From assembly GCA_036172245.1 (NCBI GenBank), contig JAYWIR010000011.1, positions 3,596,001-3,660,000 on the forward strand: a stretch of DNA of 64,000 nucleotides, written 5' to 3'. The notes under the pieces were generated by a model. It worked only from the letters and a program-made list of their open reading frames with translations. It ran no database searches and was not told where the DNA came from. Positions 24,101 to 36,100 of this stretch are shown here, in pieces. Both the position numbers and the translations under genes were made by a program. The DNA comes from Raillietiella orientalis. Taxonomy: Eukaryota. Within the stretch, counting starts at the first letter, position 1. Every line of letters starts with the position of its first letter.

Positions 24101-27100
24101 ACCTCAAAATTTTCTAGTTACGGCACTGTTCCGTCTGTTTGAAGGCGACAAGTGTAAGAACTGGGAAATTTGTTCTTTTGAGAGAGGTACGTAGCTTGGA
24201 ACAGGAGAGGATCTCATTCCACAGAATAGCAGGCCTTCCTGCGGTTTCCCAGCGGTGCAAATTTTCCAAAGACGCTTTCACGCTATTATAAACGATAAGG
24301 AAAGAAATGCTTCCACCAAATTCACTCACAGTTCAAATGACAAGGTACTATTCCTCAAAGCTGGAAATTCTATTCATATTTAATGACCAACGGGTTCCTC
24401 TGCTCCAACTTGCGTTGGCTTTGCATGCTTCCAAGTGCCAGCCATTAAAAACCCAAAAAAAAAAGCCATTCTTCCGAGACAAGCAGAGACTCTCTGAGGG
24501 CAAAGATTTTGTTTTCCATGATGAACGCGTCCACGAATTACTTTCACGAATTACTTTCGCGGACGTGATGCAGCCCATTTGGAAGACATGGCAGCACTCT
24601 GCAAATCTGGTTCCATGCTTCATTTATTTTAACTTTGGAATGCGCACGCGACTAGTGCGGTGTTAGTCTGTTTTGCTTTTGCTTCGTGTCAAATGTGGGA
24701 GGATTCAAAGAGGTCCTAGCAAGCTGAGAAGCCAAGTGCCGGTTCAGAGCTTCAAAACAGCTGCATCTGGCTAATGAAACAGCTCAAGATCCTGTCACCT
24801 CAGAGTCGCTGTAGTCTTTCGTGCATTCGGCAGAGCAGCTGCCAGTTTCCTGAGGGTGTATTAACAGTTGACACCATTGCAGGTTTTGTCCTGTTACCAT
24901 GCCACATTCTGGGTCTTGTTTCTACTTCGTCGTGGCTGAACCTCCCTCCAGCAGCATCAAACACAAACAACATTCCAAACGTTATTGATTCTTATTAGTT
25001 GAAGATCGCCGTTTTAGCTCCTCCATAACCGAGAACTCTTAGGCTGCATACTTGAATCCCCGTCCCATGAATTTGAGAATTCGAGTAGCAGATAAGAGTT
25101 TCGAAGAGTTTCGGGGAATCCACACGAAGGTCCGTGATCTCCACTAAGCCGGTGTGTGTTCCAAGCACAGGTTTGCAACGGTCCAGGGCCTCCATCTCTT
25201 GGCAAACGGCGGAAGCTCCCGTCCTTCTCGTGTTACCAAACTCGGCAAACGAGTAGTCACATGGTTTCAAAAATGCTACTCTGCAGCGTTAATGAGCCTT
25301 GTACTTGCGATGTGTACGCAGAATTCGCGTGATTGCCGACGGCGTCCCGGATGGAAGGTCCGCGTATCCGACAAGAGTTTTTCTGGAGGTTCACATAAAT
25401 GCAGACGTCGCTCGCGGGGCTGGAGACCTCTCCACAGGAGAGCAAGCAAGAGTTGGGGTGGTGACGACACGTCTTGTCCCCTTTCGGTTTCTTAATCGGC
25501 GAAAATAAGGAGCGCTGGAATGTGATTGCCATCTAGAGTTTGCTAATCGTCCTTCGACCCACACCGATGTCTGGGCACCTTAAGAGTGTTGTATCCCAGC
25601 TACTTCACGAAACAGAAATAATGATGATGATGATGGAACCCTCGAATGAATGGAGGTTTTTGTTTCTATTGAGAATACATGGATCCATGAAGTCTCGATA
25701 AAGCGGACAAGAGAATCCCGTTTCGCAGAGCAGGAACAATTTTGCTTTCGAAACAGCACTCCCAGAAGTGGGAAAATCCCTTTGATCATTTGTTTACATT
25801 TGAGCGGGAGAAGGAGGGAGGAAGGGTATGCTTTCCTTCATGTATGAAGATAACCCCCAAAGCTCACGAACCCGTCACGTCGCGGAGAAATTTTTAAGCG
25901 ATTTTGATAGCATTCCCCTTTTCTTTTTTTTTTTCTTTTTTTGCGAATCACGCGTGGGGTCAGGTTAAAGCAGAAATCCTGCGTTCTTCACACATCACAA
26001 GAAGCTCATTAGTGGTGCGTTCCTTTCGGATACCCCTTCCACATTTGTGCATTTTCGGATAGTGTTTCAACATTTCAACTTTCGGTTCCCAACGCACTCA
26101 TTTGTCATCCACAGCCACGGAGGCCGATTGGATAACCTCGTCGTGGATCCCGGATCTCAGATGCCAAGCGGCACATGTGAGTGAGGAGTAACCAAGTAAT
26201 GATGCTCGGTAGCGAGGACTCGAAAAAATTTCATGAGTACTCAATTAATATGACCACCGTGTGCAAGAAGTTTATGGATCTCGGAAGATGACTTCATCCC
26301 TAGCTTGTAAACGTGGAGAATGGACGCATGGTGAACGCTGAAAGAGAGACTTGCAGCTTCCTCGGCCAAGCGTCGGAGATGATCTTTCAGCCGTGCGAGC
26401 TGACATTAATACTTTTAATGTAATTTACGGGGACCTTGCAAGCTCTCACTGAGCATCTCATGGACAAAGGCTCTCTCCGTTCACGAATTTCTCCCGGTCG
26501 GAATGCAGGCGGAAGGCATCGCACGAAATTCATCAGGATGCTTAGAGACAGAAAGAGAACGTTTTCCGATCGCTCCTTTGGCTGATCTGATACCTTTGAG
26601 AGATGCTTCCGCGCAACCTGAGAAAATCGCTCAGTGTGCCAAAAAGGAACGTGGGAAGTCGTCGACTTTTATTAGGTCAATTATCCTTCGTCGATACAGA
26701 AGGTGAAAAAAAAAAAAAAAAATGCTTTGGAGCTACACGAGTCAAGTGCTCTTCTGACACGAACAGTTAGATACGAAGCCTCGACCATTCTTCTCCCGGC
26801 GAACCACTCGTTTCAAGATCTTTTCAAAAATCCCATCTCTCTCTCTTTTTGTTCTTGTGAAGATGCTTCCGCAGAAGCACTTCAAGAGCCCGGAATGCTG
26901 AGTACTGGAAATTCCTTGCTGCAGGCCCGCACCCGAAAACCAAGGTGGTTAAGAGGCGGTTAAGAGGCTCACAAAGGCGTTCGGTAGGAACAAGAAAAGC
27001 GGAGCACTTTCCGGTTTGCCAGCGGAAGTTCGTCAGCATCTTTGGCGCCGCCCTCTTAAAAGATCCGAGGACGATGAAGTCTCACTGATCATCCAATGCT

Positions 27101-30100
27101 ATCGAGGTACGGAAGCACATGTCATTGCTGCTGTGCCTCCCAGGACACCGAATAAGAAAGGATCCTTTCTTTTCTGCGAAAGTCGTTTAGCAAAGTTCAT
27201 TTTTGCTGAGGTTGGACTTTTTCACCTCTGACCGCCCGCCTATGGCTCAACGCAGTGTTGGTCAGTCGCCTGTGTGCTATACCCCGTGGAGGCGTTCCTC
27301 GCCCTAACACGTTGCTGCTGCGCCAGAGTACTTCAACCACGAAGATACGTCACAGGAAAGTTGGAGGATGGGGTGGGAAAGCGAGCGAGAAGCGTGCTGG
27401 TCAGAGCGGTCCAGGGCCTCAGAAAAACCGGAAGCCTCGATCCCGCAGCTGGTCGGCACCGAACGGGAAAAGGAGGCCCCCTCCTCCTCACGGACCGGCT
27501 CCACGAGGATGAAGCAGCGTTCGGGATCTGCCAGAAGTAGCGCTCCCGACCCTGCACTCGGCGGGGAGTTTCCTCTTTCGCTAGAGATTTTCAGCATTCT
27601 TTTTCTCTGAGACGTCGTCGCTACTGAAGCTGTGCACTTTTCCGAGAAACACGTCATCTAGTCTGTGTAGATGCAGTAAACCGAAAGTATGTTAACGAAG
27701 ACTCCAGGCTGCACCCACGAGCGATATTAGAATGTAAGGGTATTCCCCTTTCAAATGACAATTTCTTACGCCAAATTGTTTCCATTCATGGCATTCCCCA
27801 TCTCTTCTGCTGAGAATTCCAGGACAGTCCATTTCACAGGCAATCAGAGGTCTTTTCCCTCTCAGGGTACGCATTCCCGAACAATGCCTACATCTCTCTG
27901 GAAGCCCATTGATCGCCATTTTCCAGTTCCCGTATGTTCCATGTGCGTTCAGTTTTGTACAAAAGGGCTAGAGGAACGAGGGCGTGTGTTATGGGCGCTT
28001 TCCAACCAAACTCGCGAAGTTTGAAAAAGCAAAATGTCCAGCTACTTGACCCAGCCTGAATTAATACCCCTGACCACCTAAAAGCATGGAGAACCAGTCC
28101 CTAGAAAATTCCATCCTTGTTAACCTGAGAGCCCCGCGTCTGTTTGTGTGATATTCCAACTGTAAAGAGGAATTTTGGAACTCTTTTGACGAGTTGGAAG
28201 TTAATGAGATCGAAGCATTCCCTGAACTGCTTCGGGGATTTCGGAACCCATTTTTAGATTTAAGAGGCAAAGTTTAAATGGCATCAATCTGACTTGAGGT
28301 GCATAAACGTTGAGTCATAATAATACATCGGCGCCTTTTTAAATGCAAGCATATTTTGCCACTCTGTTCGTTCTTTACCTTTTGTATTAATTTTATTAAA
28401 TGCAGTGGTGCATAGGAGGAAGAAACTCTGACAAGCTGATTTTGGAATTCCGCAATTCGAAATGGTCATTTATAATTCCATCGAGTGATTTCATGCAAAA
28501 GATACTGTCCACTTTTTGGAAGATCTTGGCGAACGACTTCGGTTTCTTGCAGCAGTACGTTTGGCACGGATTTCAGCAGATGGACTTGACAGGTGAGGTG
28601 TGCCCTCTGAGCATTTTGCAACGTGAATGTGAGGAATGATGAGAACACCTCGCGGTCGGACCTTTCTATCTGTGAACAGTTGAAGGGGAAAAAAAAAATT
28701 TCCAAATTAGACGAGGACGAGGTTACGATGTGATGAAGATATAAAGTTTCGATATTTTTTTCGACTCGTTTCATACGTTTGTCTCACTGACTGCTCGCGA
28801 GATTTAGATACGTATGAGTTTGGTATGAAAGGGTTTCCATATAATAAAATTTACGAGGAAAAAGAAATCATGACCTCTCTTTTATTCAGGAGTTTCCTAC
28901 TTTCCGCACTTCTCTTTGGAACATGAAGATGAATTGCAAAAACTTCAAAATTTATTGCACATCCCCGAAGAAATCGCCTTTTTGCTTTACGAAAGGGAAA
29001 TGAGCTTTCAGAGGACAATCACCTTGGAAATGTTCGTGCGCTTTCTACTTTTACGGGACGTCAAGTCAAAAAACATCTACGAAGGGAATAAGGACTTGGC
29101 AAGCCTCATTCGCAGGTTCCTGGAAGTAAGTCTTGATTTTTTTTTCGGGGGAAGGGCCGGTGCGGGAGTCAGACACGATTATGGTTATGTTTACCCCTAC
29201 ACACCTGCCTGCCACCTGGGAATGATCTGACTTCAGTTTTCCTTGATTCGGGATGCTGAGTAATTTATTTTGCTCGTGTTCGCTCGCGAGCGGGGAAGAG
29301 GGGCAGAAGGGTGATGGCATGGCTGCTTCTTCAATATCTTCCTGCAACCTGGTCCCACTGCCCTTGTTTTCGAATCTGTCTCAGCAAGTGCAGAGAGGCG
29401 TAACGAATGTCACAGTTCGCGTCTCGCTGCAGACACCCTTTGCTGCACACCTCCAACTATGTCACGCAATCAGCTATCGGCAGTGCGTGCTCAAGGCGAC
29501 CTGCTCCCTAGCTGCCTTGACCGTCGAAGCAAGTCAACCCAACACTGTATTTGTTCCCGTGCAACGCCTTATCCTCTCTCCTCTGTTTCCACTGCTTTTG
29601 AGTCCATTTCGAGCAGACCCCCCTGCCTATGAAAACCATCTCCGGCGTGGCGTATTCAACGTATTTGCCAGGCAGATATTTTGTGCAGATGAGAGGCCGA
29701 AGGCAATCGAAACAAATCGCTTGAAATTCTGTAGCGGAATGGCACTGATCGGATGCTCCGGGAAGGGCTGAGATTCTTTGAATCGGTTTCCTCGACAACC
29801 AATGAAGCAAGGATCGAGGAAGCGGTCCTGAGAATCAGGCATGCCCTCGAATCGGGAACGCTTCGTATCTCGAATTTTTCTTTTGGAGATGGAGGAAAAT
29901 ATCCATACAAAGTTCCGTGGTGCGTAAGACAAAGATTACTCACCTTTGAGCACTTTTCTGCGAATATTTACCGAGTCTTTGATCAGCTGATGCCACAACC
30001 ACATAGAGGTGTACACTCGAGGAATTTTGCACATGCTTCATTTGGCCTTGTGCTCAAGTATGATTAATCTGACCTGTCTTCCGGAAATACGAAACGTGTT

Positions 30101-33100
30101 TCTCCTTAATCGCACATTCAGGAGGGTGTGGGGAAGACGACGTCCACCGAAATCCATTCCTGCACAGGCAGGAAAGCATTTCGGACTGCAAACTCATTCA
30201 TTCGTTCACTAAATTTTATGTTTTTTGGGTAAAGAGCATCTGAGCATCTTGAGTCGCTCCGATTCTCCATCCCTTCGATTGCCTGTCATCTAAATTAGCC
30301 TCCTTTTTGTTTCTCAAACCAAAAGGTCTTCTATTCTGAACACCTGAGGGTATCATGCCCTAGTGTTCATCATCTCCATCCCCATCTGAACGTACCCTCT
30401 AAAGTGATGAACAGTGAGCACGAACGCACCATCCCGATTCCATTCCATTTCATAAGAACTCCCATTTCCGTGGCGGATTCTCTCCTCCGCAGCTGCGTGC
30501 AGTTCCAGGACATTTCTTGCAGATCATATGGGCAGAACATCGGAATACGCTTGTTATTAGCGAACGGCTCTCGACTGCAGCAAAGGAGTTTACTGACATC
30601 GAAGATATGGGCACTCTCCGCGCATGCCAAAGATCGAAAACTTCATGGAGGAATTTTTTTTGCCACACTTCCAAACTGGTTCACGAATCCTTTCTCCTGC
30701 TGCTGGCCCCCGCGGAAGACCAAGACGTATAAGTGAATGAAGAAGGCACAGATAGGACGGATGTCTTCAGCGTCCTCAGGGCTAATTTTCGTTTCCGGAC
30801 GCGCAAGAAGGGATATCAGAATCCCGTTTTGAGAGCGAATCACCGCTTCATATATGAGAGGCGATCGCGTCCTACAGTTTTCCTGAATTACGGATGAACA
30901 AAATAAGAAGTCGAGCCGGGGAACTCAGCAAAGAATAAATAATTCAGTTTGGCTGATTCCATGCTGCGTTGAGGAACCCAAAACGGCAGCCGTTGTTTTG
31001 ACGACGGATTATCCGCCTGTCGGTCTCTGGTTGCGCCTGGAAACTCCCCCGAAAAAAAAAAAGAAAAAAAGAAAAAAATCGGTTCAAAGAGTTCTGGGTG
31101 CAGTTAAGAAGGAAACGTTGAGAGAAATCTCACGTTGCAGCAGCATTAGTATGTTGAAGGTTGTTTCACCAACCCAGATTCCCTGCTCCTGTCTTTTATG
31201 CCACCTCTTCGTCTAAGGAGACGATGTTCTTTGTCTGTTTTTCGTATTCCACCCTCCCTCCTCCCTTCTTCCCGTTCCCTCTTCTCCTTCTAGTTACCTT
31301 TGCTTTTGCAGCTTTCGTTTTGTCACGTTTGTAATAACGCCAGCAATATTTCTTTTTCCTTTTTTTTCCTACGCTGGCGCAACCTATTAATTCTGTGTTT
31401 TGGAGGTGAGCTCCTGGGTCACGCAGACCATCCTGACCCAACGCAGCCAAGAAGACCGAAGGTTCACGCTTTTTTGTTTCGTAAGAGTGGCTCAGACTTC
31501 ATACAACATCGGCAACTTGGAAAGCACAATGCAAATTCTCGCTGGTTTCAGGTTCGCATCCATTTCTTGCATCTATGTAATCTTTCAGATTTGCCAGTAA
31601 GTTATGCCAGTAAATAGAACTCGGAATAGAATTTCAGTCATGGGAAAACCGTTTCCGTTTCCCTTTGTTTTCGCTGCTGTTTCGAAGGATTCGTTGCGCT
31701 TAATGTTCGGACGTTTCCTCTTGAAATTTAAGAGCGGAATGTTTCTCATGCATCTCCCTCACTAAGCTGTCGAGAGAGCGACAAGAGAATCCAATTGTGG
31801 ACCAAACGGTCTCCGTGTGCACGTCGGATAACGAGGACGCGTTTCATTTTCCCAATTCCAGCTTATTTTGTTTTATATATATATATATATATTGTGGCAG
31901 TGCGACTGCGTCTTTTGTTTCGGAAGCAGTCACTTTTTCATCGCTGCTCGGATCCTATGTATCCGTTACATCACGTAGGTACATTAGCATTCGCGTGGAA
32001 TGCGCTGTATTTGCTGAGCTAAGCTGTAGAAAACAAGCGTTTTCCTTCCTAGAATGCTGGACTTTGGCACAATTCGATCGTAATGGCACGAACGATCTGT
32101 GCAGAGACAGTTGGACCGAACTTCTCCCTGGACGAACGGCGATGTACAATTCCCGAGTCACAGTGGCGATTCCAAGCCGAACACTCCGATTTTCGTATTG
32201 AACATATCGAACCGAGGAGTGTTCCGCGTGCTCTCGTTTTCCGATGTACACGCGGTTTCTTTTTGTCGAGTCGAATGTCGTGGTGATTAAGATGCGTGTT
32301 GCTATAGCAAGGATCCTGTATCTAGTTCCAAAAAATTGAATTCGTTCTGGAAAGCAGTGCTGCACGAAGAAGGCACTTTCGTTTATGAGCAGCTGTCTGA
32401 AATACTCCTGAATTGCAACCGCTATGAGAACCTCCAGCTTCCGAGCAACATCGAGGAATTCCATCCGTTCATACCTTTCTTTGGAACCTTCATCCGGCAA
32501 CTCGATGCAGTTCTGCAGCATCCGCTGTTTGCTTTTCAAGATCATCACCACAACGTAAGCATTTTGCGAATCTGTTTTTGTGTGTGTGTTTTCGTTATTC
32601 GCTGCGTGCAGCAGTCCCTTGCAGGAGTGGACATGCTCCAGTTTTTGCATGTGGCTAAAAAGCTGAAGCCACACGAACTACTAGCATCCCAAAGTTAGTG
32701 TAATAAAGTCTTCAGGCTAAACTTATGATCTCCCGTTCCTCAGAATAAAGTTTTATTGGAGTGCAATTTCAGGCTTTGCCTTGCCTTTAGTGGCTTGTTA
32801 TCCACGAGATACGACGCAATGAGTTTTTTTTTTTTTTTTTTCCGATAATTATTTCTCCCTGTTATCGGCTTCGCCTCGAAAGCCTCATTTTCACGAAGAG
32901 GAGCGGTCTTAGCGTTCGGCTGCGGTGTCGTTCCTTCGCAGCTTCGAAATGGTCGGGAACGCCATAATGGACCGCATTAACCCAACTCTGTTCCGGAGGC
33001 CTTCCTTACGAGCATAGGGAAAATATAGTTTCAGTTTCAAATCCAAATAATTCCCTGAATGAACTGAGGGAGCGGTCCTCTGACTAGTAAAGATTTGGCG

Positions 33101-36100
33101 TTTTCCAATCGGTCAGGAGCTCTGGTTTCAGCTTGCAGCCCTCGGACACTCTCGCTTGATGACCGGCATCATCCTCGGTCGTTGTGCATGAGATTTCGTC
33201 TTCTGGGGTGAAAAAAAAAAAAAATGGCCTCTTGTTTCAAAGCAGATCAGGCCGGACACGAAACGCCGCCGCAGAACGCTAGTGTTCCGTTGACCGTGAC
33301 GAGAATCAGCTAATAGAAAAATGGAATTGCATCTTGAAATTCCCCAAAGTAATTCGACAGCTGTCCCCATAGCCACCGGCTTTCGCATAGCGCGCTGCGC
33401 CGTGTACTCCATGGACACACACGACACGCGCATGCACGCTAATTCCATTGCTTTCAGCTTCTCCACAGGTCCATTGAAAACGACATGTACGTAACAGGTG
33501 GCATCCCGCAGGTCATTCTGAACAAGGAGCGACTCAACGAAATGTCATTAACTTTGAAGAAAATCAAAGCGCTGCAAAATGAAATGGAGAGTTACCTGAA
33601 GAACGCCGATCGAGCACACGACAGGTAAAGCGCGAAATGCTTGATGATTTCTCATGTAAACAACAAGTCAAGATTTTTTCAAGGAAAGGATGTGTGAAAA
33701 AAAAAAAAATTCTATTTTAGATTTAAAAATCTTTGTCCGTTTGCTTGTGATTTGTTAGTGCCTAAGGAATTCACGCTGTGTGGATCATGTTCCGAATACG
33801 ACAACAACATCTCCTTGATTCCCATTTGCCCTCACTGTAAATGCCAAAGGACGCTCAAGGTGACTAAGCGGCAGTGCCACTGCCGTCATGCCGGTGTTGG
33901 TTCCAGATTCTGCACCACGGGACGACAACCTGGATATGGGATCCCGACAACTCTCGCTTGGATCTGGTCTTCCTCAAACTCGAAGCCACCAACAGCATGA
34001 TAACCTGGTGCAAGCCCGACTGGAGCAATCCCAAGAATGGTCACATAGACTTCGAAGAGAAGGTCTCCATATCCATGAAGCAGTCCGCCCCGATCGAAAC
34101 CTGCTTCCGGGCAGGAGATGAAGGCTTCTTGGACTTGAGGTGCGTCAAAGAGCTGCGCATCGGAAAGGAGCAGCCGGAAGTGGTGAACGCAACAAGGAAA
34201 GTGATCAGTGAAGAGCAGATGAATTTCCTCTGGCTGAGCTTGCTATACGGAAATCACATGAGCGACAACCGTATGCTGGTCTTTTTGTTTTCGCCTAAAT
34301 GCGCAGATTACTGGAGCTCTGGGATGAGCGTCATATTGCAAGCATTAGGTCAGATATCCAAGGGAATCGATCACAGAATCTACTGGCTGAAGGACCTTTA
34401 CTCGAAACTGTATTACGAAAGCGAAGAATCTGGCAACCCTACATTAGAGGAAGCCATAGCGCTGTTCTGCTACGACCGAAAATACGAAAAGTTTCAGTCC
34501 CATCAAGACGCCTTCAATTCCAGCAAGAAAGCGAGCATCTTCACCACTCCAAGCTTACTGTGGAAGAAAAAGGTAGTTCACTCAGTTGTTGAGTTCTTGT
34601 CGGAAATGGTAACACTGGTCGCCGATTTCAATTTACATTCAGACTGAAAGTTGAATTTCGATTCGCTGGTGATTGTTTGGATGGCACCATCAACCCTTGT
34701 CGGTCTCGAGATGAAATTTACCGTTCTCCGCGCGCTGAGGAATTCGACACGCCATTTTCATTTGATCTGTCATCGCTTTCTTTTAGGGGAAAAAAAAAAA
34801 AAAAAAACGAAGCGATCGTCAACTCAAGTCGCGCCATCTCTGCGAATTTTCGAATGCAAGAGAATGCGGGAATGATGATGCTCTTCCATTTGAATCCTAT
34901 CTCTTCGTTTGCCTTCATCTTTCGTACATCTTCTCGCAGCATCTCTGAATGGAAAGTTGAGAGAGCCTTCGTCTTCAGCGAGATGCTGCGCTGAGCGCCG
35001 GCCTCTTGTATGCTGACACTGCCTATTTTGCTCACTAGGTGGAAACCGGGGAAGGAACTCCTGCCACCGACTGCTTGCAGAGTGCGGCGTCTCTGAAAGA
35101 AAGGCAGAGCGTGATGAAGGCGCCCAGCAGATCGAAACCGCCTCTGCTGAGATACCTGCACGCGAAATCGGATTCGAACGTCTTCGACTGCCGCTCCAGC
35201 TCCGTTCGATCCAAGTGAGTCTCACCCTTTCGCACCTCTTGCGGAAGCAGTGGTACCAGAAAGGGAGAGAGACAACGCGCGGCTTCGGGTGAATTACCGC
35301 AATCCCTTTGTAGAAACCGTGGCACCCAGGAGTCTCCAGCTGGAGGAAAGATGGAGCACCAGCACCACAGATACTCGCTTCCTCTGATGAACAACAAAAG
35401 ATTAACTTTCGCAGATTTCGTGAACGTGTATCACAAATTCAGGTATCTCTTCGTCACCTGAGAATCCTCCCTTGCCCACCTTCTGGCTCACATTTGCGTC
35501 TGCGGGCAAGGGTTTTTGGATTCTTTTAACGTTGTCCTTGTTCCTTCAGTATAGCCATGCGCTTGGATCTTGAAGAACTGTTTCTCTCACTCGCTACCAA
35601 GAAAAGAAACAAAACGGAAAGTCACATCCAGCGTCAAATGAAGCCAATCACCAACTGCCTGTCTTTATCTAACGAAGGTAAAGTGAGAATAGAGGGATGT
35701 CCCTGACATTTGACCTCCACTTGTTTGCTCCCTGATTTTTGGCGAAACATCCACCACTACCTCCTTGGAACCTACCAACAGAATTCCCTCAGGGTTACCC
35801 CGTAGTCTCCTTATCTTTCACCTGCCTGCACCCTTGACATCTTCCTCGTATCACAACACCTCTCACCATCCCAACACCTCTCAGTGTCTTAATTTCCATG
35901 CACGCACCACAGTTCCTCATGGGACTCTTCGATCCGGTCCACCTCTCCGCCTCATTTAATCACGAAGAACGGGGCTCGCGTCTGTTTGAGACCGAGTGGG
36001 GGCAAAAAACAAAAAAACACTGGGCATCTGGTCCATCTGGGGCTCTACGAAATCAGTGCCGATGCTCAATGAAATTACCAGAAATACTCGAGACAAGTGT

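Noticed and set aside
24100..25530. Coding-looking intronic stretch
   Set aside because: Probably TE or pseudogene debris, but I could not assign any motif with support.
29687..30740. Short ORFs and splice-like signals in intron 13
   Set aside because: Exons 13 and 14 join directly in frame (RFLE|VSSW), and I could not build a coherent nested gene.
31955..32674. 239-aa minus-strand ORF
   Set aside because: Largely antisense to RasGEF exon 15, with no recognisable domain.
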